DNA from: Setoptus koraiensis
Lineage: Eukaryota > Animalia > Arthropoda
DNA: 64,000 nt
Reading direction: 5' to 3'
NCBI GenBank assembly: GCA_048013815.1
Contig: CM106586.1
Span: 2,976,001-3,040,000 of the forward strand
Of the stretch, positions 47,962-61,575 are shown one piece after another. How positions within the stretch are numbered: the first letter of the stretch is position 1; each line of letters starts with the position of its first letter. Made by a program: the position numbers and the translations under genes. The notes beneath the pieces are model-generated. The model had not been told where the DNA came from. It saw only the letters and a program-made list of their open reading frames with translations, and searched no databases.

Positions 47962-50900
47962 CTTGGAAGGCAACACACACACGCACGCACACACAGGCAC
48001 CTGTGCTGTTGTGACTGACCAAGTGGCTTGTTGTTGCGTCTGTTGTTGTTGTTGGTGTCGTTGTTGCTGTTGTAGCAGCAGTAGGTGTAGTTTTGGTCAT
48101 GGTGGCGTTGTGACCAAGGCTGCGTATATGCCATTAGTTAGTGTTAAGGTTAACAATGTCTATTATGACGGTTTTGTTGTTGCGGAGTTGTTGCCAGTGC
48201 GCTAGTATTATCTTCACAGTCTATTCACACAATGTACAACGAACTGGCGATGTCTCTCATGTTCTTTACTCTTGTGTTTCCTTGGTCTCGCTCGTTGCAC
48301 TTGAATTGAACACAATCCAAAGAGAAGAAGCAAAATAGCAATCCCATTTCGACATAAGAGATCAAGTTCATGTGACATTGGTTGCACGAGTTTGCAATTA
48401 ACATCATTTGAGTTATTGCTATAATTTTTTGCCCGTCGACTGTTTAGTGAAAGTTTGCAAGTTTACGCAGCGACAGCAACAACAAACATCAGCAGCATCA
48501 TCAGAATAGCAACAGCAACAACCAAACTAAACTCTTGTTACAGACAGTGTCAACTGGTGAACACTTTGATGATAAATCCAACAATCTTATGAAGCCAGCA
48601 CTCTGATAAATCCAACATCAAGCGCATCCCCACAGTCAGCCACACTCACAAGAATCTACCTGGACTGGCGCAGAGCAAACAACCAATCAGTCTGTCTAGT
48701 GTGTCACTTTGAGAAAATGTCAACATAACCAGTGACAAAATATCCAGCTTGTTTTGTCGGGTTAGCACACATAAGAAACTAAATGATGATGGTGATGATA
48801 TCATAATTTCAAATTCGCCATAAGTTTATACTTGCAAATTCAACTTGTGTCATCATCAAGTTAACAGCACACATGCTAATAATGTTTCACTGGTTGTGCT
48901 AGCCAGCCGACACCAACAACAGCTGACAGCGTCTTGGCACTTGAATGTTAGGTAAGTTGAGCGACTATTTTGATAATGCTTTTACCATTTGCCTACACCC
49001 ACCAGTTAGTATGATATTTGTCAGATATGATAGTGTCAAGATATGTATAAGTGGCACAAGTGGAACCAGAATAAATGCACACTAAGATAGGTGCGACAAT
49101 AGACAATGCGACAACTCAACTAAACTTATCATCCTGAGACTTGAATCTCAAGAGCGACAAAACACAACTGATTGTTAATCGACATGTTCAACATATCGAT
49201 TAACTATTTATCTGCACACAAAAATGCTTTTATGTTATAGACACACGATTGATTCTATTAATTATTACAGTCCGATATTAGTCGCCAGCGCGCAATCATT
49301 AATTAGTTTGGCAAGCTCAAACATATTGTATGCAATCTTTTGTAATTATGGCAATCCTGGTAATGATGTTCATCAGATAATCCGGCTTGCCAGACAGTTG
49401 ATTTTCACCGAAGTTTATAAACTTTTTTTGCTACGCTCAAGTCGTATCCTAACATCAAACAGCTGATGACGTGTGATGATAGCATCTATACTAATGGATC
49501 GCTTTCATCATTGCACCCTCAAGTTGTTAATTTTGTTCATTATTCAAAACGTTGCTGTATGAATGAAAAGGAAATAGTGAGAAGAGAAGAGTGAGAGAGA
49601 CGTTTAGTTGAACCGCATTAGTTAGTCACGCCGAGCATGGTAATTAAACATGATCAACAACTATTGAGTTACTTAACTAGCATTTGTCAAGCATTCTACG
49701 AATGCAGGTCTGTCAGTCTCATTTGACAATGCTACATCGACTATTAGAATGTCACACTAACGTCAGCACCAGCACTTGTGGTCATCACGAATGTTACTAC
49801 ACAAGATGACTCGAAGCAAACGACCGCTCTAACAATCTTGTAAGTTGCAAGATTGATTTATATAATTTGCAAGTCACACATGCCTTCAAATTGTTGCAGA
49901 CAGACCCGTCTTGCTCTTATGTTGCTGCAATGTCAGTGTCAAGAATCTAGACTATTCTCAAAAGGTTCTATTCGACTATTGAAATGAGTGAATAAGAATA
50001 TATATTTATATATATTCTTTACATTACACATGCCGCCGCCGCCGGTATACTACACATCCATGTGAATGAGGATGCCGCTATTGGATGCGTTTTGTCGCAA
50101 CAAGTATACAGGTACTACTATGTTGTAACATACTATTGATGTGGCTAGAACACTTTGCTATTTAATCACCTCATTACATCTCCCGTCTAATTTAACACGA
50201 GACAGCCGTGCTGTTTGGGGTTTCTCTCCACTCACCTGTCTTAGCGCACTCGTTCGTCACTAAAACCATCAGACAACTACATCTACATTGTGAGTTGTTT
50301 GTATTCAAAATAAAGTGGTGCTGTTGCAATTATGATCATGCTTATGTAATAGCATATATGTCTGTAAGAAGCGCCAAGACAAACCGTCACGTATCGAGAT
50401 AGCGTGCAAATCGTGGAAGCCGGGCCTTTATCACTCAACACATCTTCACGAAGAAAGAAAAAAAATTGATATGAAATGAGTGTTTCATATCCATTTTTTA
50501 TTCTGTTACACTGACTATATTTAGTCAATATTGAATGTTCCGATTAGTGGAATACAATAACAAGAAACAGTGTTTGTATGCAAAACCATACCGCCCCATT
50601 ATGATGAGTCGTATCTGACGCTCGACTGCTGTTGTCAAATGCCAGAGGAAAAAAGTGGAAGCCAGAGAAGCAAAAACTGTTTTCGTATTTTTCTACTCCT
50701 CTGTCGTGTGCACCTCTAGACCAGCGCCCTGAGCCAGCGACTTGTTGAAACACATCCGTTCAGTTGAATCGATTATATCGGACAAGTGCTAATTATAATT
50801 ATAATTATAACCTCACATTATCCCCACATAAGTTAGTGTTCACCTGAGTGGTGTTGACTAGTAGTTTATTAGGGCAACAGTATATATAGCCAGCGGTAAT

Positions 50901-52915
50901 ATTCATCTCAATATCTTGATCATAATCAGTGCAATCAGAGTATCAATTGGCCATATCACCAGAAGCAATAGAGCAACATTGAGCCTATCGAGCGTTGATA
51001 TATGCGAGTTGGAATTGGCTGGCGCCGCAATTTACTACTACCATCCGTAGCCAGTTATGCCACAACATGCAATCTCTCGTCTATTATGAAGGTGAGTAGC
51101 GGAGAAAAAAACATATGGCTTTTGTCGCGCACACAGCCACCTGATAGGCGAGAGTTGTTCGCTGTTTGGAGCGCTGTTTAACTTGTTGCCAACGAATATT
51201 GTTACGTAAGCGCCTCTTTTAGGCAAAACAAAACACAAAATGAGTCGCGTTTAACCGTTACCATCCAACAACGACATACACATATGTTGCGTTCGCGAGA
51301 CGAGACTTGGCTCACTCCAACAGAGAGAATATCCCTTTGCTTCTCCCGCGTTCCTCAGTGGGCTACTCTAATTCGAGCCAGCACTAACTGCTATTTTCGC
51401 TGGTTGTCGCTCAACCCCGTTGGCACCTTCAACTTTGCCACCACCAACACCATCGCCACTACCACTACCACTGGCTCCATCACTAGCACTGCCACTGGCA
51501 CTGTCAGCGTCATCAGCAGCAACGACCTTGATGCAGCAAGTAAGCGCCGTCAACAGATTGTTCAGTTTGTTGTGAGTGTGCGTTCGCAGCGCCGACCCAA
51601 AGTTACGTAATGCACGACAGATGGACGCAACTGGTAAACTGCTCATTGCCAGTAACTGCAAGTTGTTGTTGTTGTTGTTGTTGTAGTGGCTTCTGTCAGT
51701 GACATGTTTTCGGAGCACAGTTTGCATCGAAACGAATCAGATTGATACAGTAACAGCATTAGCAGCAACCGGTGGGTGTCGTGAGCGGCGGCCCGAGCCC
51801 CGCAAAAGCGTTGCCAAAAGTGGCGCCAGCCCGTTCAAGGAAACAACGACGACCGCCACACCATGCGAACCACCGTTATACCGCCAGGTTTGCAGTGAGC
51901 GGCACCAGTCAGTGACACCAAAGCCCGGGGACCAGTCACGACAATAGTGAGCCCGTGTAATGGTCGAGAGGTGCACTCGTCGACGGCCGGCCATTGTTGG
52001 TTCGGAGCGGCCATCAGAGCTCTGTCTATCAGGGAGAGAGAGAAAGAGAGAGAGAGCGAGCGAGACGGAGAGAGCGACCCCGTTCGGCTGGCCCTCATCT
52101 GGGGGAATGTCGCTCTTTACTGATCGTTCAGTCATGCTGCATAACCAATAGAGAGCGGACAGAAAGAACCAGTTGAATGGGTAGCGACAGGGCGAAAAAA
52201 ACTTTCACTTAACCTTCAATCTATCCATGGACATTACGTAATATGTCGTGTGAACTGCAACGGCTGCACGGCCAGCAGCGCCAACATTCACGCAATCATA
52301 CTGGCGACGATTGTGCGTTCTCACGTGGAATCACAACAACAGCAACGGCCAAAACAACAACAACGACAACAGTGACAACGACAACAGCGACAACAACAAC
52401 AGCGACAGCAACAACAGCGACACGGCCGGTTCACATTCGGTCGGGTGTCTAGAGCTCATGAAAATATTACATAATAATGTATGAGAGGTTGTGTATTGTG
52501 CAGGACGCGGGCAGAGAGGGAGAGAGAGAGCGAGAGTAACGGTCTCACAGAAAGCGAGGCCTCAATTGCACCGATTGACCTTCGCGCTTGCACTGGCATG
52601 TTGCTTTTGGTGGCCAATTAATTTGATGATCCATTTGGCGTACAAGATTGTGAGTGTGTGAGCACTGTTGTGTAACTGGCAAGCTAAACAGTTACGCAAC
52701 AGTGTTGCTAGCCTCAAAATTGCCGGACCAACATGTACCGACACACAGTGTATGTTGCGCCGATCGCATTATAATGGTCACTTATTGACCGTTGGCCTAA
52801 TTGGCATCAGCAAACATTGACATCCCATGTCCACTGCACAATTAATGTGATTTTTGCGTGCGCTGTTGCGCAACGTGGCGCACCGTTTTGTGCATGTTCG
52901 CAAAATATCCGTCTG

Positions 52916-52956
52916 TCGCTTTGTATATCCGTCCAACGGACGGATATACAAAGCGA
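52916..52956. other. Perfect 19-bp inverted repeat with 3-nt loop (hairpin)
   Basis: TCGCTTTGTATATCCGTCC-AAC-GGACGGATATACAAAGCGA. Confidence 0.9.
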
Positions 52957-53741
52957 GAGTTGTTGGCAAAATGTGGTTTGAGATTGGTCATTGACTCGGA
53001 GTGCACAATTACCGCACACTTTGTCTCGTGTTTGCTCGTGCTGTAATGGCTGTCGCGAGCCAATTACAGCACGTTGGTTTGCCAGTCAAACCGGGCACCG
53101 ACTGGCGAGCTATCTGGTGGCTGTGGTTGTCATCGCCGGCAAGTCATTGTTGATGGTGCCAGTGTGTTGCATTGTCATGTTGCATCAGATGGCATCTTGC
53201 TGGCGCCAAGACACCATGAGACAACAAAAGAGACAGCACAGTTTCAGAAAGGGGCGCTGCGGGACAAGCGCAAAAAGTGCATAAGAAGTGCAAAAGAACC
53301 GTTGTCTATGAACAGCAGTTGCAGCAGCTTAGAAAAAATCATATAGAAAAAGTTATAGAAGAAAAAAGTGAATATCCTCTCTGTGTGTTTGTATTCGCGA
53401 GCCTCACAGGCTAATTATCTCGTCTGTTGTGTTCTTGTTGGTGGGCGCTGCCCTTGCGCGTGTATTTCCGGCTCAATTAGGCCCCCCCCCCGTACCTCAA
53501 TGAATGGAAGCTTGTTGTTGCGCGACAAAATCGCGCGGCCGGCTCGCCTCTGGGGCAGCTTTCCGAACAGACAGAGGATCAGTGAGAACACAGTTGCCAA
53601 CTGAGGCCCCTCTCACATGTTTATGGTCTGGATGATATGGGCCCGGGGATATATAATGTTGTTGACAGAGCCATCAATTTTAACTTATGTACAAGCGCGC
53701 ATCAGCAATAATAATGAATGGCGCCCATCATTAGTAATACA

Positions 53742-53774
53742 TATAAATAGCGCCCGCGTAATTCTCGCACAGTC
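53742..53774 (+). promoter_or_regulatory. TATA box (TATAAATA) plus Inr-like CAGTC, probable promoter of the rotund/lin-29 gene
   Basis: The Inr A at 53771 is 29 nt from the TATA start and 1.9 kb upstream of the candidate ATG at 55678. Confidence 0.45.
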
Positions 53775-54265
53775 ATAAGTGGCACAGTGGCGTAAGATGG
53801 ATAGACGGTTCGCACACAGACAGTGCACATTGTGCAGCAGCGAGCGAGCGGGGAGAGAAAAAATGGCCAATGCAAATGGCGATGCCAGTTTTTAATTCTT
53901 AATTTGCGCGCGCCAACACTCAGCACCGTCTAAACAACAATCCATTAGCCACTGCTGCTGCTACGGCGCTCATAATCTGTTGTTGTGTTGCGAGACACAC
54001 TGTCCCACTACTAGTGAGTCAGTAGAGTAGTTCATTAGGGCGCTAAACAAATGGCCGCGCAGGGGCGCTAAACGCTCACTTAATGAGTGACAGTGCCGAG
54101 CTGGCAGCGCGAACATCCCATTGGCGAGCGCGCGCGCGCTGAGCGTCACATCCTGCGCACTGTCGCTGGCTGTTACCGCTGCACTTAGGCCAGCGGCGGC
54201 GGTGAATGGCAACACGAAATCGCGCAGAGCGAAGTAGCGACTCGGCCGCTACTCACCAGCAGCCA

Positions 54266-54268
54266 GTG

Positions 54269-54299
<31 letters not shown>

Positions 54300-54330
54300 T
54301 GTGTGTGTGTGTGTGTGCGTGTGTGTGTGC
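54266..54330. repeat. (TG)n microsatellite, interrupted
   Basis: Direct reading. Confidence 0.95.
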
Positions 54331-54608
54331 AAAGACAAAGGGGCGACATTATGTGTGTGTATAATTTGCATTTTAGTTGCCGCAGTTGCCAGCGAAAACC
54401 CGATCGGGGGACGGAGCGGGCCGAGGGGCGGCCAAGTGAGAGTAGAAGCAGATGCCACGTCGGCTGCAATCGCAACTTGCAACTGTCACCCTTTGGGCCA
54501 GCTCAATAACGAGCGTGGCTGGCACAACAAGCTGGCTCCCGCTCATTAGAGTTGACGCAAGCAGCAAAAATTGCAGCCAGGGCGCAATATAGTATTATTT
54601 GGTGGGGG

Positions 54609-54644
<36 letters not shown>

Positions 54645-55596
54645 GTGCGTGATGGAACAACTGCGCTGCGAGTTGAACATTGAACTTTTGCTTGCAGCGT
54701 GCAGCGCCCATCATAAACACGCACACATTATAGGCCATTGGCGGCGCGCACCACAGCACGCGCATCGCAAACTGATTGCATTGTGCAGTCCCGCACTGCT
54801 GCCACACACACACACACTAGCAGCGCTGTACATGCATGGCAACTCGCGAGTTTGTTCGATCGTTTGCTGGGCGCGTCGAACAAGCGAGTTTGGCAGGAAT
54901 GCACACACACACACACACATAATGTAACAGTGTGCGGCAGCACCAATGTGTAGCACCGATGTGTGTCGCATCATGTGTGCGTGTGATCATGATACGCAAG
55001 ATGGACGCGCAATGCGCTCAAAGGGGTACCAGCGACTCAATATAGACACTGGACTCCAGCGACTGGAGTGGCTGCACGAGTACGTGGCCGCTGTGTGTGT
55101 GTGTGCGCTTGTGTGTGGCGGGCGACCATGGGCGCAGAATGTTACTGTGTCGAACTGCACTGGTAACTAACGAATTGTGTGCGCTAACAAGCGACTCAAC
55201 AATGTGTGCGTGTGTGTGTGTGTGTATGAGCAGCCCAGGGAAAAACTGAGAGAATTCTTTTTTGCTCTCGCCGTTGCCACTGCTAGCTGACTCGGCGAAG
55301 AGTTAATATCGCCATCGCTCGTATTATTGCAACAACAACAATATATTGCCGCTAATTAATTAATTAATGACAGCACCAATCAAGTCGGAAGTCGTTTGCG
55401 GGACAAGCGGACAACACACACACACAACTGATACTATCAGTCTCATAGCTGCGCGATCGACGCTGGCCGAGCAAGCCACAAGCTGATGCGCCCACAGGAC
55501 GACCGTTGGCCACAATTCGCAATCTTGTTGCATTGCCACAATTGACCCGCTGCTCACACAACAAATATTATTCGATATTCCCACCGAGCGTCCCAA

Positions 55597-55650
55597 TACG
55601 AGTCGTACGAGTCATCCGAGACATACGAGCCATACGAGCCGTACGAGCCA
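55597..55650. repeat. 9-bp minisatellite (TACGAGCC[A/G])n
   Basis: 6 degenerate units just upstream of ATG 55678. Confidence 0.9.
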
Positions 55651-55677
55651 TAGCGGCGACCCATCGAGCCACGGACA

Positions 55678-58600
55678 ATGATGAACCACAACAGGACCAG
55701 CAACAACGATTACGGGACCATTGCCACAAGCTCGAGAGCGTCGTCCGCTGGTCTGAGACTTGGCGCTGGCCAGAACGGCCAGCATCACAAGCAAGTCACA
55801 CAAAACCACCAACTGCAACAATCGCAGCATGATTGCAACAATCACATACAACAGCAGCAGCAGCACAACCACTTGCAGCAGCAACAGCAACATCACCAAC
55901 ATCAGCAACAGCATCAGCACGGAACACTCAGCAACAAACACTCTATTATAGCATTGTCGAAACTCAGAGATTACATGTCCAACGGTACGGGTAGGCGCCT
56001 AACATTTAATTGTTATTTCCAATCATTTTCATATCGTTTGGCATCAGTCAACAAAATATTGAGCACCAAATATTTTATCATTTAACGCTGGCCCAAATCA
56101 ATAATAGAGCTATAACTATTGTTAGCCTATAATGGGCCACAAATATGGCGGCACCGCTTGCACGGTGTCGTGCACATCGGCGTATCATCATTTGATACCC
56201 CGTTGTTGCTGCAAACCAATATCAGCCCATCTTGCTCCATCAAACTTATGTGTGTGCTCACGCAACTTGTCACAACAGTGATAGTTCTATATCATCTAGC
56301 CAATACAGTCTAACCGATAGAGTTATCAACATTATGATTTACGCTACTTCCTATATCGTATTGAAACGTCCGACAGTGTGAGACACTTGTGCCAGCTCTA
56401 TTGTGTGCCAGCTCACATTGAATAGTCAAGATGTGTGCACCACAAAGATATATCAACGCCTCTTAAACTCTTACTTACTTACAACTTCATCATTAACCCG
56501 ACACTCTCTCTCTCACTCTTTTATTGACTTATCTAACTAATCATTGTCTTTGAATTTCTTCCCAATGTACATGAATCTCTGTCTCTCTTGTGCCCTGTCT
56601 ACTGTATCACAACAACCAACACCGACAATAATAATAATAATTATAATTTCGCGGAGCAGCATCCTCCTTGATCCCGAATCAAGTGAATGCAATTGGACAC
56701 CAAAGTCGCGCACATTTAAACACAAACAATCACTACACCAGTAACAATAATAGCGTCAGTAGTAGTAACAACAATAGCAACAATAATAATCACAACTTAC
56801 TAACCAACGCTACTAACGATGATGCCGTATATTCTACAAGTTTAAACACTGCTCATTTGCCACAAATAAATCATCATAATAACGACCATCACCAACATCA
56901 AAACTTAGACCAGTCATTACTAACTTCCTTTACGAGATCATCTCCATCGTCGTCTAATTCATCGTCGCCAAATATCACTATGCACCAAAGTCATCATCAC
57001 TTCGGCAGCGCCATCACCTCATCAGCATCTAGCGCTCTCCATTTAGATCATATAGGATCGCATCAATATAATAACAATAATCACCATCACCACCATCAGC
57101 AACATCACAATTTGACATACAACCAGACTTCAGTATCGCCCTTTAGCCATCATCATTTGATAGAGCAACAACACCAACAATTTCACCAAAATCAACATCA
57201 GACCAATTTGCATCATCAGCAACAACATCAGCACGCTCAGCATACTCAACAACAGCAACAACAACAACAGCAGCATCACCAGCAACAGCATCAGCAACAT
57301 CAACGGGATGGCACAAATCAACACTCGTTGTATCATCAATTGGCAACAAATGCGGCCCATGTTAATCAAATCTATGGCACCAGCAATGGAACAAGCCACA
57401 CCAACGGTGGCACTACCAATAGCGGCCAATCTCAACATCAGGCCTCTTTGCATCAGAATCAATTGATGGTCGGTGGTGGTCATCACATACATGCCCATTC
57501 CCATAATCACCACCAAAGTCAGGCAGCCGCAGCTGCTGCTGCAGCGGCTGCCATGGCAGCTAGCCAGGCTCTAGCAAAAAATCACAATCATTATGTAAAC
57601 ACATCAAGCGTCATTCCAGGCAATAACGCTGCAGTTAATATGGCAGCCAATACTGGTCACCACCACTCTGGCCTCCATCATCACCATCATCAGCAAACTG
57701 GACATCTACATGCCGGTGGTCATCATCACAACCATCTCTCACAACAGCAGCACGTATTACATCATCCTGCTATCGTGGCTTCTAGAAAATATCAGTGTAG
57801 GATTTGTTCTCAGGTAAGATTTTTAATTAAAATAAGATGCAATATACTAATCTAAATCTACTGAATACTTATCGTTGCCTTTCTATCAATCTCGCCTGTA
57901 CGATACCATTTCCATATCTCATTCAGGTGTTTATGTCGAAAGTCGAGATGAAAGTACACAATCAGAACCACATGCGAGAAGCCAAACCCTATAAATGTTC
58001 CCAATGTACTAAAACTTTTGCTAATTCATCGTACTTGTCTCAGCATATGAGAATACACCAAGGATTGAAACCTTACTCTTGTGAGGTCTGCGACAAAAAA
58101 TTCACCCAATTGTCACATCTACAGCAACACAAGCGAACTCACACTGGCGATAAACCATATAAATGTAACTATCTGAATTGCAGTAAAGAGTTTAGTCAAT
58201 TGTCTAATCTTCAATCTCACTCTCGCTGCCACCAATTGGATAAACCATATAAATGCAATAGTTGCTACAAATGTTTTCAAGATGAACAAAGTCTACTCGA
58301 TCATATACCGCGACATTTAGAGTCAAAACATCTGAAAAAGAAATTGTGTATATTCTGTGGTAGTTCATATCAGCAGGAACGAGGTCTGGTCAAACATTTT
58401 CAGCAATATCACACAGATAAACCACATCATCTGGTCAGCGCAGCCATCGCCGCTGGGACAACAGGAAATACTTCGTTGATAGCTTCGATTGTATCGAATG
58501 CAGCAAATGCATCAGCTATTTCAAATAGTATATCTAATGGTGCGAATACAATTTCATCAAATCATAGCTCCAATCAAGTAAGTTCATCATTAGGGACAAT

Positions 58601-59489
58601 GAGTGCAACCAACAGCAATATAAACAGGACACATATGATTAATGCAAACCAACGCAGTTTGTTAAATGCTAACAACAATTCAACAGCTTTATCCGTAGCA
58701 CAATATCAACAAGGTAGCAGCAACTCCATCGGATCGTCATTAGATATTAAAACAGATCATAATACGCCACCTCCCCAGTCAAACACACCCCTAAATGATC
58801 CCTCAAGTATGCGCACGGCCAGTGGCGATATGGGAATCAATAACAATATAGGACAGGATTCGCCATCGATGCAAGTCTCATCTAATGCAGATAGACATGT
58901 TATATCGAACGACAATGTTAAAAGCTTTAGCAATAGTAACAGTCCGAATAATAATAGTAATAATAACCACAATATCAACGATCAACTCGAACAAAATAAT
59001 AATCAATCCATGCCATCTGCCTCGATGCATCAACAAAACAATCACATCAACAATCATCATCATCAGTATCAGCAGCAGGTGTCTAATTCGTCGAGCATAG
59101 ACTCGGATGCTAATCTGTCGTCTCATCTCCACTATGATGTCACAGGGCATCACCATCAACAACTGGGACATCTGAATCATCGCCATCACCTAACAGCCAG
59201 TTTAAGTCATCACTCCATATTTAATCCTTATATACAAAGCCATCAACAAAGTTTATCTCCAGCTACACCATCGTCTTCAGCATCCTCTTGCGCCTCAGAT
59301 GTGAGATCAAACGCTAACTCCAATGCGGCGGCTGCCGCCGTTGCCGCTGCTCTGTCGGGCGGAAGTCATACTGCTAGCCATCACCACACACAGTCTTATG
59401 GTGGTTGGTCTAGTTCAGCAGTGGCTAGTCAGGCTGTTGCTACTGCTGCTGCTATAGCTGCCATACATCAAGGAGAAAGCTCAGGGTGA
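55678..59489 (+). CDS. rn: C2H2 zinc-finger TF of the rotund/squeeze/lin-29 (ZNF384/362) family; join(55678..55984,56660..57813,57927..59489), about 1007 aa (first exon less certain)
   Basis: Fingers KTFANSSYLSQH, KKFTQLSHLQQH, FSQLSNLQSHSRCH and CNSCYKCF..LLDHIP.H.ESKHLK match Rn/Sqz/LIN-29. Intron 57814-57926 (GTAAGA..ATTCAG) splits the first finger in frame. The total model length is divisible by 3. Confidence 0.88.
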
Positions 59490-61575
59490 TGTGACTAACA
59501 GATGTCCACCATTTGTAATCAATCAGACGCCAACCATTGGCGCTTCACCATTGTTAGTGTCTAGAAATGCTTGTGGATTTGACCACTATTTTATTAGATG
59601 CGTTTGTCCTAATGATACAATTTTAATCTATCCGACTAGATTGAATTCTTATGGAGTTTACCTGTTCTAGTAGATTGACATTGAATGAATCATAGTATCA
59701 TGCAATGTGAGCATTAACGACAATATCAAACAACAATGGCCACTATTTTAGGATGCCAAGGAATCACGCATCATTGATGCTACAATACAATGAAAATAAC
59801 AAGCTGAATCAAGTTCAAAAGGCCACTACTCTGTAGAGATGTTAGCTTGTATGGACGTTCACCTTGAATGCAATGTGGAAATGTTTTCGATTGATCGATG
59901 GAGCACCCAATCTAATGTAAAACCTCTGGACGGTTACGGCACTAAATGAACAAGCACCACAATAAAGGCCAACCATTGTTGTGTTGCGTCTGTATGTAGT
60001 CGCTTTGGAACCTCAATTATCAGCCATGTGACACAAGATATCCCTCTAGATGCTTGAGTCTAGCGCAGCAATTAATCTGGTAATCAAGTGGAGAATTTTT
60101 GATTACAAATCCTTCGTTGCAGCGATAATGAAAAGAGGTAAACTCATGGATGTCATTCGTTCATCAGTATTTTCACAATAGACACTCATCCCCGTACCGG
60201 ACATTTTTTCATCTAGTTTACCGAGAATAAACTGAGGAAACATCCTGTCACTTGAAAACAACAATGATTTTGATCATGATTTGATTTTGATCACTATTAC
60301 AGAATTTCGGCGCCTGTTGTGTAGATGCCGGCATATCAAAGATGCTCGCTTTTAGTTATGCCACCTGAACATGATGAGAAAGGGGCTCAAAATTATCAAC
60401 GCTGTCTATGAGATTGATCTATAACGGAGGTAGTGATTGAAAGATATAATTGTTCAATTCCAATAACTATATTTTATAGATATATCGATAAAGGTGAAGA
60501 ATTCACTATTTGCATTTGTATTTAACCTACCTTCCAAGAGAAAATTTGGTTTATTAAATAATAATAAATGGTAACAACTAAACATTCAGTAATAATTAGG
60601 ATTTCTCTTGTTCATGGTTTATGTAGCAGTAGTATCAATCGTATCACTTCTTGGATAAAAGCATAATATGTAGCTACTAATAATGCGTTGCATATACATG
60701 CATTCTTGTGAATACAAAAATGATATAGTTTGCGCACACTATGATCAATTTCCATAATTATGCTAATATCCAATGTATGATAAGATGATAAATTCGACTC
60801 TTGTGCTTCGTTGATCAACTTTTTCACCAGATATATCAATTCTACTTGATGTACGTAATAATTATAAAAGATATATGAGATGTATTCCAAATTATTTTCA
60901 TTTCTTCAAGTCTAAACGCAGATGATGTTCATAAAAGCTATAGGCTCAGTTCATCAAATGAAGCGAGAAATAAAACTGTATTTAGAACATTTGACGCTAT
61001 TATATAGCATTTGATTCGGTTAGTGTGATCGCATTTGCTTACAATGTTTGGTACATTCAGAGGAATGGACAACAGTAAGAGTAACAGATTCATAATCAAC
61101 ACAATTTTTATTGAAGTGAGTTAATCCTAGATATAGTTTTACTCCAACTGTCCTATTATAGTTGCCGCTTTTTTTGTCTCTTTGTGTGCTACTGAGTGAG
61201 ATATGACGTCTGAATCGTATTCCCTGTTGAACCTCAAGTTGGTCAGATCCATTACAGTTGCATCAACAAAGACAAAGGCTAAAAAGACGATGATCCAACT
61301 CTCGACAGATGAATAGATTTATGGCTGCTAATAAAATCATTTGTCGCATTTATCATGTTTACCCAAAAAATTCACAGCAATAGACATATGTCTAGCACCA
61401 AACAGATAGCTCACAATGCAAATATTACAACTGGAAACTGACAAAAAAGTTTCTGCAATAGTAAGTCAGATTATGCGATCAAAGAGAGCCTATTATGTTG
61501 TGACTTTTTTTCTGGGGCAACTTGCCTAGATAAACTTTCCTAATGTTGATCAAACGAATCTCCAGTCTGCTGACA

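Noticed and set aside
60612-60890. Gustatory-receptor-like C-terminus (..ATYYAFIQ..)
   Set aside because: Spacing does not fit TY-x5-QF, there is no preceding multi-TM region, and the ORF has a non-ATG start.
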